DNA of 46,589 nt from Bacillota bacterium (GTDB lineage: Bacteria; Bacillota; Dethiobacteria; DTU022): the NCBI GenBank assembly GCA_012797095.1, contig JAAZPS010000224.1, positions 1 through 46,589 of the forward strand. Direction: 5' to 3'. Position 1 is the first letter of the stretch, and every line of letters starts with the position of its first letter. Below are positions 1 to 8,952 of the stretch, piece after piece. The notes beneath the pieces are model-generated. The model was not told the DNA's origin. It worked only from the letters and a program-made list of their open reading frames with translations, and made no database searches. The position numbers were made by a program, and so were the translations under genes.

Positions 1-2
1 GG

Positions 3-689
3 CCCGGACCGCTCAGCCTGGTGCTGCCCCGCTCCGCCGGGCTGCCTTCGCAGGTCAGCGCCGGCCGGCCCACGGTGGCTGTCCGCATGCCTGCCCACCC
101 CGTCGCCTTGAGCCTGATCCGTGCTGCGGGCGTCCCTCTGGCCGCGCCGAGTGCCAACCGTTCCGGCCGGCCCAGCCCGACCGAAGCGCGCCATGTCCTC
201 GAAGAGCTGGCCGGGAGGATCGAGGCCGTTCTCGACGGCGGCGCCTGCACCGTTGGCGTGGAATCGACCGTGCTCGATCTGAGCGGAACCCGGCCGGTTA
301 TCCTGCGGCCCGGCGCCGTGACCGGGGAGCAGCTGGAGAGGGTGCTGGGAAAGAAGATCTGCGGCAAGGCAGGGTTTTGGCCGGCAGGGCAGCCCTTTCA
401 CCAGTACCGGCCCCGCGTTCCCCTGATCCTGATCACCGGCCCCCGGAGCAGGCGGAGACCCCTGCTCGCGGCTTTGACCGCGGGCTACCGCAGGAAAGGT
501 TTCAGGGTCGGGCTGCTGCTACTCCCCGGGGGGGCCAGGCAGTCGGCCAGGGATCTTTTTCCGGCGCTGCGCCGGTTCGATCACCGGAAGGTAGATCTGA
601 TCCTGGCAGAAGGGTGTTCCCCCCGGGGGCTCGGTGGGACAGTATTGAACCGCCTGGCGCAGGCGGCGTCGCGGATCATAAAAGCCTAG
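3..689 (+). CDS. tsaC: L-threonylcarbamoyladenylate synthase, Sua5/YwlC type (5' end outside window)
   Basis: The reading frame is open to the window edge. The translation has a YrdC-domain core (VAVRMPAHPVA, APSANRSGRPSPT, ESTVLDL) followed by a Sua5-type C-terminal domain. It sits first in a ywlC-ywlE-rpiB-glyA order as in B. subtilis. Confidence 0.85.
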   Translation, partial: PGPLSLVLPRSAGLPSQVSAGRPTVAVRMPAHPVALSLIRAAGVPLAAPSANRSGRPSPTEARHVLEELAGRIEAVLDGGACTVGVESTVLDLSGTRPVILRPGAVTGEQLERVLGKKICGKAGFWPAGQPFHQYRPRVPLILITGPRSRRRPLLAALTAGYRRKGFRVGLLLLPGGARQSARDLFPALRRFDHRKVDLILAEGCSPRGLGGTVLNRLAQAASRIIKA

Positions 690-698
690 GTGGTGCCG

Positions 699-1193
699 AT
701 GTCGGAAATAATCATTCTATTTGTCTGTACCGGCAATACCTGCCGCAGCCCCATGGCGGAGGCGCTTTTTCGTCATGAGTGGGAGAGGCGCCCCGATACC
801 CCCGGGGTGAGGGTGCTCTCTGCCGGGCTGGCCGCAGCCGACGGGGAGCAGGCTGCAGCCTATGCCTGCATGGTGATGCGCGAGGCCGGGCTCGGCCTCG
901 AGGGGCACTGCTCCGCCTTGCTGAGCGAGGAGCTGGTGGAGAAAGCTCACCTGATCCTGGTGATGAGCCGGCAGCACCGCCAGCGGTTGCAGCAGCGTTT
1001 TCCTGCTGCCGGGGAGAAGATATTCTTGCTGAAGGAGTATGCCGGGTTGACTGGAGATGCCGAGATCGGCGATCCGTACGGCGGCACCCTTGAGCGGTAC
1101 CGGCAGGTATTTGCCGAGATCGGCGATGCGGTCAGCAGGGCTGTCCCGCGTCTGGAAAGGAGTCTGCGTGATGAAAATAGTACTGGGAAGTGA
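699..1193 (+). CDS. ywlE: low-molecular-weight protein phosphatase (YwlE-like Arg/Tyr phosphatase)
   Basis: The N-terminal CX5R(S) P-loop is VCTGNTCRSPMAE and a DPYG motif lies near the C-terminus. ATG 699 is the preferred start; the ORF track begins at GTG 690. Confidence 0.85.
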   Translation: MSEIIILFVCTGNTCRSPMAEALFRHEWERRPDTPGVRVLSAGLAAADGEQAAAYACMVMREAGLGLEGHCSALLSEELVEKAHLILVMSRQHRQRLQQRFPAAGEKIFLLKEYAGLTGDAEIGDPYGGTLERYRQVFAEIGDAVSRAVPRLERSLRDENSTGK

Positions 1194-1614
1194 CCATGCC
1201 GGTTTTCTTTTGAAGGAGGAGATCCGGGCCTATCTGGCCGGGACCGGGCATGAGGCGGCCGACTTCGGCACTTTTTGTGAAAACAGCGTCGATTATCCCG
1301 ATATCGCCCTGCCGCTGGCCGAAGCGGTTGCCGCCGGCAATTATACCCTGGGAATTCTGATCTGCGGGACCGGCGTGGGCATGGCCATTGCAGCGAACAA
1401 GCACCCGGGGATCAGGGCGGCCCTCTGCGGCGATCCCTTTACCGCGCGCTTTGCCCGCGAACACAACGATGCCAATGTCCTGACTCTGGGCGCACGGGTG
1501 ACCGGGCCGGGACTGGCCCTCGAGATCGTGGATACTTTTATCAACAGCATCTTCCAGGGTGAACGGCACCGCCGCCGGCTGAAAAAGATTGCTTTTATGG
1601 AAAAGCGGCATTAA
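1171..1614 (+). CDS. rpiB: ribose-5-phosphate isomerase B
   Basis: [18 protein letters not shown]... and [14 protein letters not shown] are RpiB/LacAB hallmarks. ATG 1171 follows the [11 protein letters not shown] (1155-1163) and overlaps the ywlE 3' end. Confidence 0.9.
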   Translation: MKIVLGSDHAGFLLKEEIRAYLAGTGHEAADFGTFCENSVDYPDIALPLAEAVAAGNYTLGILICGTGVGMAIAANKHPGIRAALCGDPFTARFAREHNDANVLTLGARVTGPGLALEIVDTFINSIFQGERHRRRLKKIAFMEKRH

Positions 1615-1660
1615 AATATTACAGGCAGCCGGCTTTGGTCGGCTGATGGAGGCCTCCAGG

Positions 1661-2935
1661 ATGGATGATAACAGATTTGCGGAAATACAGCTGGTCGATC
1701 CGGAGATAGCCGGGGCGATCGCAGCGGAAGAGAGGCGCCAGCAAGACAGCCTCGAGCTGATCGCTTCGGAAAACCTGGCCAGCCGGGCGGTGCTGCAGGC
1801 CCAGGGGACGGTGCTGACCAACAAGTATGCCGAAGGCTACCCCGGGGCTCGCTACTACGGCGGCTGCCGTTACGTGGACCAGGTGGAGCAGCTGGCGCGC
1901 TCCCGGGCCCGGGAGCTCTTCCGGGCGGAGCATGCCAATGTCCAGCCTCATGCCGGGGCGGCTGCCAACCTGGCGGTCTATCTCGCTTTCTTGAAACCGG
2001 GCGATCGGATCCTGGGGATGAATCTGGCCCACGGCGGGCATCTGACCCACGGCAGTCCAGTAAATATCACCGGACGTTATTTTGAAGCTTATTCATACGG
2101 GGTGGATCGGGCCAGCAGCCTGCTCGATATGGAGGCGGTTCGCCGGGAAGCTCTTTCGATCCGGCCGAAACTTCTCATCGCCGGGGCCACCGCCTATCCG
2201 CGGGTAATCGATTTTGCTGCCTTTCAGGATATTGCCCGCGAGGCCGGCGCCATTTTGATGGTAGATATGGCCCATATCGCCGGGCTCGTGGCAGCGGAGT
2301 TGCATCCCAACCCCGTACCCTGCGCCGATGTGGTCACGACCACCACCCACAAGACCCTGCGCGGTCCCCGTGGCGGGGCGATCCTTTGCCGGCGTAAATA
2401 TGCCCGCAGGATCGATCAGGCTGTTTTCCCCGGCTTGCAGGGCGGACCGCTGATGCATGTCATCGCTGCCAAGGCGGTCTCCTTCAGGGAAGCGCAGCAG
2501 CCTGAATTCACCTCTTACCAGGGGCGCGTTCTGGAAAATACGCAGGTTCTCGCCGAAGCCCTGCGTGGCTACGAATTTGATCTGGTCACGGGAGGCAGCG
2601 ATACACACCTGCTGCTGCTCGATCTGCGCTCCAAAAAGATAACCGGCGTGGAGGCGGAGCAGCTCCTGGAAAGGGTCGGCATTACCGCGAACAAAAATGC
2701 GATCCCCTTTGACCCCTTAAGCCCCCGGGTGACCAGCGGTCTACGGCTGGGAACACCGGCGATCACCTCGCGGGGGATGGGTCCGGAACAGCTCCGGATG
2801 ATCGCCCGCCTGATCGAGGAAACACTGGCCCGCCGCAGCGACAGGGCTGCCCTGGAGAGAATAAAGCAGCAGGTTCTGGAGCTCTGTCAGGCCTTTCCCA
2901 CCGTTCAGTTTGCCGGGACCTTGGCCGGGGGCTGA
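1661..2935 (+). CDS. glyA: serine hydroxymethyltransferase
   Basis: [13 protein letters not shown] and the PLP-lysine region [14 protein letters not shown] are present. ATG 1661 follows a GGAGG (1648-1652) and gives a typical length of about 424 aa. The ORF track starts further upstream at 1589. Confidence 0.95.
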   Translation: MDDNRFAEIQLVDPEIAGAIAAEERRQQDSLELIASENLASRAVLQAQGTVLTNKYAEGYPGARYYGGCRYVDQVEQLARSRARELFRAEHANVQPHAGAAANLAVYLAFLKPGDRILGMNLAHGGHLTHGSPVNITGRYFEAYSYGVDRASSLLDMEAVRREALSIRPKLLIAGATAYPRVIDFAAFQDIAREAGAILMVDMAHIAGLVAAELHPNPVPCADVVTTTTHKTLRGPRGGAILCRRKYARRIDQAVFPGLQGGPLMHVIAAKAVSFREAQQPEFTSYQGRVLENTQVLAEALRGYEFDLVTGGSDTHLLLLDLRSKKITGVEAEQLLERVGITANKNAIPFDPLSPRVTSGLRLGTPAITSRGMGPEQLRMIARLIEETLARRSDRAALERIKQQVLELCQAFPTVQFAGTLAGG

Positions 2936-3008
2936 GGCCCGCGAAGATTGCCGCGGTGAAGGGGTTCGGTGGCAGAGCAGCCCCGGGCTGCTGAAAGGAG
3001 GGTAACCT

Positions 3009-3473
3009 TTGTCCGAAAGGCCGACATGGGATCGTTATTTTTTCGAGATAGCCCGGGTGGTTGCTTCCCGCTCGACCTGTCTGCGCCGCCGGGTCGGCGC
3101 TTTGCTGGTGCTGGACAAAAGGATTCTGGCTACGGGGTACAACGGTGCTCCCGCGGGCCTGAGCCATTGTGCGGATACCGGCTGTCTCCGGGAGAGGATG
3201 AATATCCCCGCGGGCGAAAGGCATGAGCTTTGCCGGGGTCTTCACGCCGAACAGAATGCGATCATACAGGCGGCTGTGCACGGGGTAGCGATCGAGGGAG
3301 CCTCGCTCTACTGCACCCATTTTCCCTGCGTGGTCTGCGCCAAGATGCTGATCAATGCGAAGATCCGGCAGATCTTTGTGGCGGAATCGTACCCCGACGA
3401 GCTCTCCAGGGAGCTGCTGCACGAAGCGGGGGTATCGCTTTTTTTTGATCGATCGCCGCCAGACTGCGGATAA
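3009..3473 (+). CDS. comEB: dCMP (deoxycytidylate) deaminase, ComEB type
   Basis: The zinc motifs HAEQNA and PCVVCAK of the cytidine/deoxycytidylate deaminase fold are present. The start is TTG 3009, after the [12 protein letters not shown]. Confidence 0.85.
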   Translation: MSERPTWDRYFFEIARVVASRSTCLRRRVGALLVLDKRILATGYNGAPAGLSHCADTGCLRERMNIPAGERHELCRGLHAEQNAIIQAAVHGVAIEGASLYCTHFPCVVCAKMLINAKIRQIFVAESYPDELSRELLHEAGVSLFFDRSPPDCG

Positions 3474-3530
3474 ACCGCTCCCGGGGGGGCCATAATATCC
3501 CTTAGTTTCCTGTGGAGGGAGGGGCCCCGA

Positions 3531-4145
3531 TTGCACCGGCGTATACCAGTCTTCCTTTTGCTACTGTTATTTTGTTTACAGCTGCCTGCCCACGGGCCGG
3601 CGGAGGCCGGGGATCTTTGGATGGAAATGGAAAAAGGGTTACGCCTTTGCGGCGTTGAAATTAAGAGCTACCGGAGCAGCTGTTTTATCGATGGAGCTGA
3701 ACAGGAGCGGATCATCTCCGCCGGAGCGGCGCCGGATTGCGGCTGCTTCATGCGGGGCGGCTTTGAAGATGACGAAATTCTGTTTGAAATATGCAGCGCC
3801 GACCGGGGCAGGTGCGCCCGGCTCTGGGAGCAATTTGCCGGAGCTGCCGGCCGCTACGGGGGTGCGGCGGGGCGGACCTGGAGCGTGGAGGGGTTTCATG
3901 ATCCGGTAGACGACCTGAGCGCCCTGGGGGAGGAGCTGGTTCAGGCCCTGGGCGGACGGCTGCGGCAGATCAATAACCACCCCCGGATGGTGCAGCTGCT
4001 GGCGGATCTGCCCTGGGGCGGGGTCGGCATTCTGCTGGATCAAGGTCCGGTTAACCTTGCTCTGGAGCTGTCCGAGGATACCTATCTTCATAAAGTGAAA
4101 GTCCGTCTGGGGATACCGGTTCTTTTTTCCCTTTCAAACGGATAA
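3531..4145 (+). CDS. hypothetical exported protein (position matches ywmB upstream of murAA in B. subtilis)
   Basis: It has an N-terminal signal-like segment (MHRRIPVFLLLLLFCLQLPAHG), an SD GGAGGGA (3514-3520) and a TTG start. I recognised no catalytic motif, and the YwmB suggestion rests on synteny only. Confidence 0.55.
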   Translation: MHRRIPVFLLLLLFCLQLPAHGPAEAGDLWMEMEKGLRLCGVEIKSYRSSCFIDGAEQERIISAGAAPDCGCFMRGGFEDDEILFEICSADRGRCARLWEQFAGAAGRYGGAAGRTWSVEGFHDPVDDLSALGEELVQALGGRLRQINNHPRMVQLLADLPWGGVGILLDQGPVNLALELSEDTYLHKVKVRLGIPVLFSLSNG

Positions 4146-4162
4146 CAGGAAGGAACGGCATC

Positions 4163-5455
4163 ATGGATCATCTTGTCATTCAAGGGGGAGTGCCCCTGCG
4201 GGGGACGGTCAGGGTAAACGGTTCCAAAAATGCCTCACTCCCGATCATTGCAGCAGCCCTGCTGACCGACGAACCGGTAATTATCGAGGGGGTTCCCGAT
4301 CTTCTGGATGTACGCACGATGATCGCGGTTCTGGAGGGACTCGGTGCGGCGGTGGAATATGATCAGGAGCGGGCCCTTCTCCGGATCATATGCGGCGAAC
4401 TGCCGCCGGCGGCGCCTTCGGCCGACCTGGTCAGCCGGATGCGGGCCTCCTTTCTCGTCCTCGGTCCCCTGCTGGCACGGAAAAAAGCGGTCTCCCTCCC
4501 ACTCCCGGGCGGCTGTGCCATCGGCACCCGTCCTGTTGATCTACATTTGAAGGGGCTCTCGGCAATGGGGGCAAGTTTTTCCATTGTCGGCGGCAGGGTT
4601 GAAGGGTGCACTGAGGGTCTGCGGGGAGCACGGATCTATCTGGATTTCCCCAGCGTCGGTGCAACCGAGAATATCATGATGGCGGCAACGCTGGCCCGGG
4701 GGAGCACGATCCTGGAAAATGCAGCCACCGAGCCGGAGATTGTTGACCTGGCCAACTGTTTGAACAGTATGGGCGCGGTGGTTGTCGGTGCCGGAACGGC
4801 ACATATCCGCATCGAGGGGGTCCCCCGCCTGGGCGGGACCCGCCATGGGGTCATTCCGGACCGGATCGAGGCGGGGACGTTGCTGCTGGCCGGTGTCATT
4901 ACCAAAGGCGATCTGATCGTGGAAAATCTCCTGCCCGATCACCTGAAATCCCTGCTGGCCAAATTAACCGAAGCCGGGGCGCTCGTTGAAGAGGTCGGCC
5001 CGAATGCTATCAGGGCGGCGGCGGGAGAGCGCTCCGCTGCAGTCGATCTCAAGACAATGCCCTACCCGGGCTTCTCGACAGATCTGCAGCCCCAATTCAT
5101 GGTGCTGCTGGCGCTGGCCGAGGGAACGGGCACGGTTACGGAGACAGTTTTCGAGAACAGATTTCGTCATGTTGAGGGACTGAGCAGCATGGGCGCGCGG
5201 ATCCAGGTCGAGGGGCGCCGGGCCATTGTCCGGGGGCAGCCTTGTCTGACCGGCGCTCCTGTGGTGGCGCCGGATCTGAGGGGGGCTGCTGCACTGCTGT
5301 TGGCAGGATTGGCCGCACAGGGTAAAACAGAGCTTCTTCAGGCGGAACACCTCTGGCGCGGTTACTGCTCGCTCGAGGAACGGCTGGCTTCGCTGGGAGC
5401 ACAGCTGAAGCGTATCTCCGCGGAGCCGGAGCGGGCGCTGTTTACAGGAAGCTAA
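4163..5455 (+). CDS. murA: UDP-N-acetylglucosamine 1-carboxyvinyltransferase
   Basis: The N-terminus is VNGSKNASLPIIAAALL and the active-site Cys loop is LPGGCAIGTRPVDLHLKG. The length of 430 aa is typical. Confidence 0.95.
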   Translation: MDHLVIQGGVPLRGTVRVNGSKNASLPIIAAALLTDEPVIIEGVPDLLDVRTMIAVLEGLGAAVEYDQERALLRIICGELPPAAPSADLVSRMRASFLVLGPLLARKKAVSLPLPGGCAIGTRPVDLHLKGLSAMGASFSIVGGRVEGCTEGLRGARIYLDFPSVGATENIMMAATLARGSTILENAATEPEIVDLANCLNSMGAVVVGAGTAHIRIEGVPRLGGTRHGVIPDRIEAGTLLLAGVITKGDLIVENLLPDHLKSLLAKLTEAGALVEEVGPNAIRAAAGERSAAVDLKTMPYPGFSTDLQPQFMVLLALAEGTGTVTETVFENRFRHVEGLSSMGARIQVEGRRAIVRGQPCLTGAPVVAPDLRGAAALLLAGLAAQGKTELLQAEHLWRGYCSLEERLASLGAQLKRISAEPERALFTGS

Positions 5456-5549
5456 ACGGCCCTTCTCCGGGCCCATGGCTTTCGTTTATTCCCTCCCCCA
5501 TCCATATTTCGACGGACAATGGTTTCCCCAAAACGGGATCTGCAGAAGA

Positions 5550-5578
5550 TCATAAGAGTGAGACAGGTCTCATATAAT
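5550..5578 (+). promoter_or_regulatory. sigma-E-like (mother-cell) promoter candidate for spoIID
   Basis: TCATAAG-N14-CATATAAT matches the remembered sigma-E consensus (T/G)(A/C)ATA(A/T)(A/T)-N14-CATACA(A/C)T at 13 of 15 positions. It lies about 30 nt upstream of spoIID, which is sigma-E dependent in B. subtilis. The -10 also reads as a plain TATAAT. Confidence 0.35.
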
Positions 5579-5607
5579 ATGATCAAGTCGGCGCCCCGGA
5601 GGTATTG

Positions 5608-6624
5608 ATGACCCGAAAAACCGCCCTGCTAATCCTGGCCATCATCGTGGTGGTGATTCTATTACCGGCCGCAGCAGTCTCTTTTGGCGGCTGTCCCGGT
5701 TTCCCCCCTCCGGCGAAGGCCGAGCCCCCCCCCTCGACGAAGGAGACCGTGGAGAAAAAGTTCAGCGGGACAGTACGGCTCTACCGGACCGATCGAAAAG
5801 AGATCGTGCCACTCGATCTGGAGCAGTACCTGGTCGGGGTGATCCTGGCGGAGATGCCGGCATCATTTGAGCTGGAGGCCCTCAAGGCCCAGGCGGTGAT
5901 CGCCCGCACCTATGCCCTTCACCAGCACCCTTTCTCCGGCGGGGGAGGCTGCGACCGGGCCCCCGGGGGCGCGGATATCTGTTCGGACAGCGCTCATTGC
6001 CAGGCCTGGCTTGATCCGGAAGAGACGGCGGCTGAATGGGGTCCTGAGGGTGAACTTTTCCTGAAGCGGATCCGGCAGGCGATCTCGGAGACAGCGGGCG
6101 AGGTGGCCGTGTACCGGGGAAAGCTGATCGAGGCGGTCTATCATTCGACCTGCGGTGGTAAAACAGAGGCCTCGCACGCTCTCTGGAACGGCGGCTCCCT
6201 GCCGTACCTGCAGAGCGTAATCTGCCCCTACTGCACCCATTCCCCCCATTACCGGGGCGAACTGCTGATCCCCTTCACCCGGCTGGCCGAAGCGCTGCCG
6301 CAGGATCCGGCCCTGCCTGTCGCTTCGGCAGAGCGGCTGCCCCTGGAGAAGATTACGGAGACCTCCGGTGGCAGGATCGCCGCGCTGACCATAGCCGGCC
6401 GCTCGATCGGTGGCGCGGAACTGCGCAGCCTGCTGGAGCTCCCCTCAACAGCTTTTACCTGGGAACTCCGGGAGGAGGGGCTTCTTTTCCATACCCGCGG
6501 CCGGGGGCATGGCGTCGGACTCTGCCAGTACGGTGCCGACGGTGCCGCCAGGGAGGGGCAGGGTTACCGCCAGATCATCCAATTTTATTACCCCGGTACC
6601 GCGATAACCGAGATCAAACCCTAA
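5608..6624 (+). CDS. spoIID: stage II sporulation protein D (SpoIID/LytB-domain lytic transglycosylase)
   Basis: An N-terminal TM segment is followed by SpoIID-domain strings (EALKAQAVIARTYAL, YHSTCGGKTE, HGVGLCQYGA). It sits directly after murA, as in Bacilli and Clostridia. Confidence 0.9.
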   Translation: MTRKTALLILAIIVVVILLPAAAVSFGGCPGFPPPAKAEPPPSTKETVEKKFSGTVRLYRTDRKEIVPLDLEQYLVGVILAEMPASFELEALKAQAVIARTYALHQHPFSGGGGCDRAPGGADICSDSAHCQAWLDPEETAAEWGPEGELFLKRIRQAISETAGEVAVYRGKLIEAVYHSTCGGKTEASHALWNGGSLPYLQSVICPYCTHSPHYRGELLIPFTRLAEALPQDPALPVASAERLPLEKITETSGGRIAALTIAGRSIGGAELRSLLELPSTAFTWELREEGLLFHTRGRGHGVGLCQYGADGAAREGQGYRQIIQFYYPGTAITEIKP

Positions 6625-6626
6625 CC

Positions 6627-6655
6627 GTATAAAATCACCTGCGGTGGTTATAATA
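6627..6655 (+). promoter_or_regulatory. sigma-F/G-like (forespore) promoter candidate for the spoIIQ-like gene
   Basis: GTATA-N14-GGTTATAATA resembles the forespore consensus G(C/T)ATA-N15-GGnnAnAnTw. It lies 20 nt upstream of the GTG 6675 start. It could equally be a sigma-A TATAAT box. Confidence 0.3.
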
Positions 6656-6674
6656 TCTGCCGAGGTGATCGGTT

Positions 6675-7478
6675 GTGGAATGGCAAAGAAAACAGAAGAT
6701 TCAAGTTAAATTGCTCTGGAAAAAGATCCTCGCTGGAACAAAGGCTTTCCGGGAAAAACTGCTCCTGAGGGTTGAGCCCCTGCGGCAGCGCCTCCGGATC
6801 GGGGAAAAAGGTTGGCCCCGGTTCTGGCAAATTGCTGCTCTATACCTGCTGGTACTATTCGCAGCCGGCGGGATCTATCTCTGGCATACCGCCCAGCTGC
6901 GGGCGATCAATCCCTATGCCGAAAAGATTGATTTCGGGGAAAGGGGGGCCCTGGAGGCGGTTCCCGAAGATCATGCTGACGGGGATCAGGAAAAACCGGA
7001 TGAGCCGGCAGTCTCTCCGGCCCTGGCCGGGGGTTCCTGTTCCGGGAAAGGTGCCCCGGAGTGCGCCTTTATCTGGCCGGTGCAGGGCAGATCGATCATT
7101 TTCGAATACGGCGGCAGCGCCAGGGAGGTGCTGGCCCGCATGGATGAAGCGGTGAAATGGTCTTTCAACAGGGGATTGGGCATCGCTGCCGTTCCGGGAG
7201 AGCAGGTTTACGCGATGGGAAGAGGAAGGGTGAAAGAGGTAAGGGAAACAGGAAAACCATACGGGCAGGAGCTGATTGTTGAGCACGATAACAATTTGAC
7301 CGTGCATTACGGGGCGTTGGAGCAGGTTACTGTTAAGAAAGGTGATCAGCTCTCCGGTGGTGAGCCCATTGCCACGGTTAAAAAAAGTCCTCAGGAGACC
7401 GGGGAAGTTTATCTCTATCTGGAGATACAAGCAGACGGCCGGCCGGTTGATCCGCTGCAGTTTTTGCCCCATTTTTGA
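6675..7478 (+). CDS. spoIIQ: SpoIIQ-like membrane protein with degenerate LytM/M23 domain
   Basis: It has one TM segment (FWQIAALYLLVLFAAGGIYLW) and a C-terminal LytM fold (WPVQG..., VHYGAL..V.KGD....GEPIA). Its position between spoIID and spoIIID matches the order I recall for C. difficile. The SD GAGGTGA lies 6 nt before GTG 6675. Confidence 0.7.
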   Translation: MEWQRKQKIQVKLLWKKILAGTKAFREKLLLRVEPLRQRLRIGEKGWPRFWQIAALYLLVLFAAGGIYLWHTAQLRAINPYAEKIDFGERGALEAVPEDHADGDQEKPDEPAVSPALAGGSCSGKGAPECAFIWPVQGRSIIFEYGGSAREVLARMDEAVKWSFNRGLGIAAVPGEQVYAMGRGRVKEVRETGKPYGQELIVEHDNNLTVHYGALEQVTVKKGDQLSGGEPIATVKKSPQETGEVYLYLEIQADGRPVDPLQFLPHF

Positions 7479-7495
7479 CCGGTTACCGGGCCAGG

Positions 7496-7524
7496 GTATT
7501 TTTTGGGGGTCCCTCTCATATAAT
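7496..7524 (+). promoter_or_regulatory. sigma-E-like promoter candidate for spoIIID
   Basis: GTATTTT-N14-CATATAAT carries the same -10 octamer as the spoIID candidate. It lies about 35 nt upstream of the spoIIID start. The -35 match is weaker, at 5 of 7. Confidence 0.3.
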
Positions 7525-7558
7525 TTACCGGACTGAAGATGAAGGGGGCCCCATCAAG

Positions 7559-7813
7559 GTGCATGATTATATTTATCAGCGGGTTTTGGAAATCAGCCAC
7601 TATATCCTCGAAACCGAGGCAACAGTGAGGCAGGTGGCACGCAATTTTGGGGTGAGCAAAAGCACTGTCCACAAGGATATCACCGAACGGCTGCCGCAGA
7701 TCAACCGCCATCTGGCCAAACAGATCAAGAAGATCCTGGAAAAGAACAAGGCGGAGCGCCATCTGCGGGGCGGCGAGGCGACCCGCCTGAAGTACCTTTC
7801 CCTGAAAAAGTAG
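7559..7813 (+). CDS. spoIIID: sporulation transcriptional regulator SpoIIID
   Basis: From GTG 7559 the translation VHDYIYQRVLEISHYILETEATVRQVARNFGVSKSTVHKDITERLPQIN...RHLRGGEATRLKY is near-collinear with B. subtilis SpoIIID as I remember it. The SD is GAAGGGGG (7541-7548). The ORF track starts upstream at 7475. Confidence 0.9.
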   Translation: MHDYIYQRVLEISHYILETEATVRQVARNFGVSKSTVHKDITERLPQINRHLAKQIKKILEKNKAERHLRGGEATRLKYLSLKK

Positions 7814-7923
7814 GCTCAATAAACTCTATTTTCTCAAAAGGGAATCAACGGCCGGTGAAGAATTAGATATAGACGGCTGTTTCGGTGGAAAGAGGCTGAA
7901 GCCGGGAAAAAGGGAGGCAGAAG

Positions 7924-8952
7924 ATGGCCTTTTCAGCAGAGATCGGAATTGATCTGGGGACAGCCAGTATTCTGCTATACGTTCGCGGCAGGGGGATCGT
8001 CTTGAACGAACCGGCAGTGGTAGCGGTAGAGCAGAAGATGAAAAGACTTCTGGCAGTCGGTTCGGCCGCCCGGAATATGCTCGGGCGAACCCCTGAGAAT
8101 ATCGTTGCCCTCCGACCTCTCCGGGAAGGGGTGATCGCCGATTTCGACCTGGCCGAGGTTATGCTGAAACACTGCCTGGCAACGGCTCTGAAAAAAAGGT
8201 ACATCCTCCGCCCACGGGTGGTTGTCTGCATCCCTGCGGGGACCACCTCCGTGGAGCAGAAGGCGGTGTTGGAGGCGGTTGCCCGCACCGGTGCCCGGGA
8301 GACCTTTCTCATCGAGGAGCCCCGGGCGGCGGCGTTGGGGGCACAGCTGGATATCTTTGAGCTCAGCGGAAGCATGGTAGTCGATATCGGGGGCGGGACA
8401 AGCGATATCGCCGTCATCTCCATGGGCGAGGTGGTCGAGGGAACCAGCGTGCGCACCGGCGGCGATAAATTTGACGAGGCCGTGGCTCGGTTTGTTAAAC
8501 AGGAGTACAATCTGCTCATCGGGGAGCGGACTGCCGAGGGGCTCAAGATGGCTGTCGGTTCGGTGCAGCCCAGGGGACGCAATCAGGAGACCGCAGTGCG
8601 CGGACGCGACCTGATCACCGGGCTGCCCCGCCTGGTCAAGGTAACCACCGAGCAGCTGGTCAGTGCATTCGAGGAGCCCCTCGAAGATATCCTCGAGGGG
8701 ATCAAGCTGGTTTTGCAGAAAACCCCACCGGAGCTAGCCGGTGATATCATGGACAAAGGGGTTGTCCTGTCAGGGGGCGGAGCCCTACTGGATGGTTTTG
8801 CCCATTACCTGAGCCGGGAGATCGGGATCCCCTTTTACCTGGCCGAGGAACCTTTGCAATGCGTGATCAAGGGGACCGCTGCGGTCCTGGAGAATATAGC
8901 CAGGTTCAAGGGAACCCTCCCTTCCAGCCGTAATCTGGGGGTTGCTTTCTAG
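7924..8952 (+). CDS. mbl: rod-shape-determining actin homologue MreB/Mbl
   Basis: IGIDLGTASILLYV, EPRAAALG and DIGGGTSDIAV are actin-fold phosphate and adenosine motifs. It follows spoIIID, as mbl does in B. subtilis. Confidence 0.95.
   Translation: MAFSAEIGIDLGTASILLYVRGRGIVLNEPAVVAVEQKMKRLLAVGSAARNMLGRTPENIVALRPLREGVIADFDLAEVMLKHCLATALKKRYILRPRVVVCIPAGTTSVEQKAVLEAVARTGARETFLIEEPRAAALGAQLDIFELSGSMVVDIGGGTSDIAVISMGEVVEGTSVRTGGDKFDEAVARFVKQEYNLLIGERTAEGLKMAVGSVQPRGRNQETAVRGRDLITGLPRLVKVTTEQLVSAFEEPLEDILEGIKLVLQKTPPELAGDIMDKGVVLSGGGALLDGFAHYLSREIGIPFYLAEEPLQCVIKGTAAVLENIARFKGTLPSSRNLGVAF

Noticed and set aside
3439-3446. A T8 homopolymer inside the 3' end of the dCMP deaminase gene, as a possible slippage or phase-variation tract
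   Set aside because: It encodes Leu-Phe-Phe in frame, after the conserved catalytic core. There is no alternative-frame ORF of interest and no adjacent hairpin, so it is probably neutral.
3490-3502. The 13-mer CCATAATATCCCT shared with 33031-33043, upstream of the ywmB-like gene and of ftsE
   Set aside because: A handful of exact 13-mer coincidences is expected by chance in 46 kb. Only the first copy has a plausible -35 (GGATA, N18), so I do not treat it as a shared regulatory motif.
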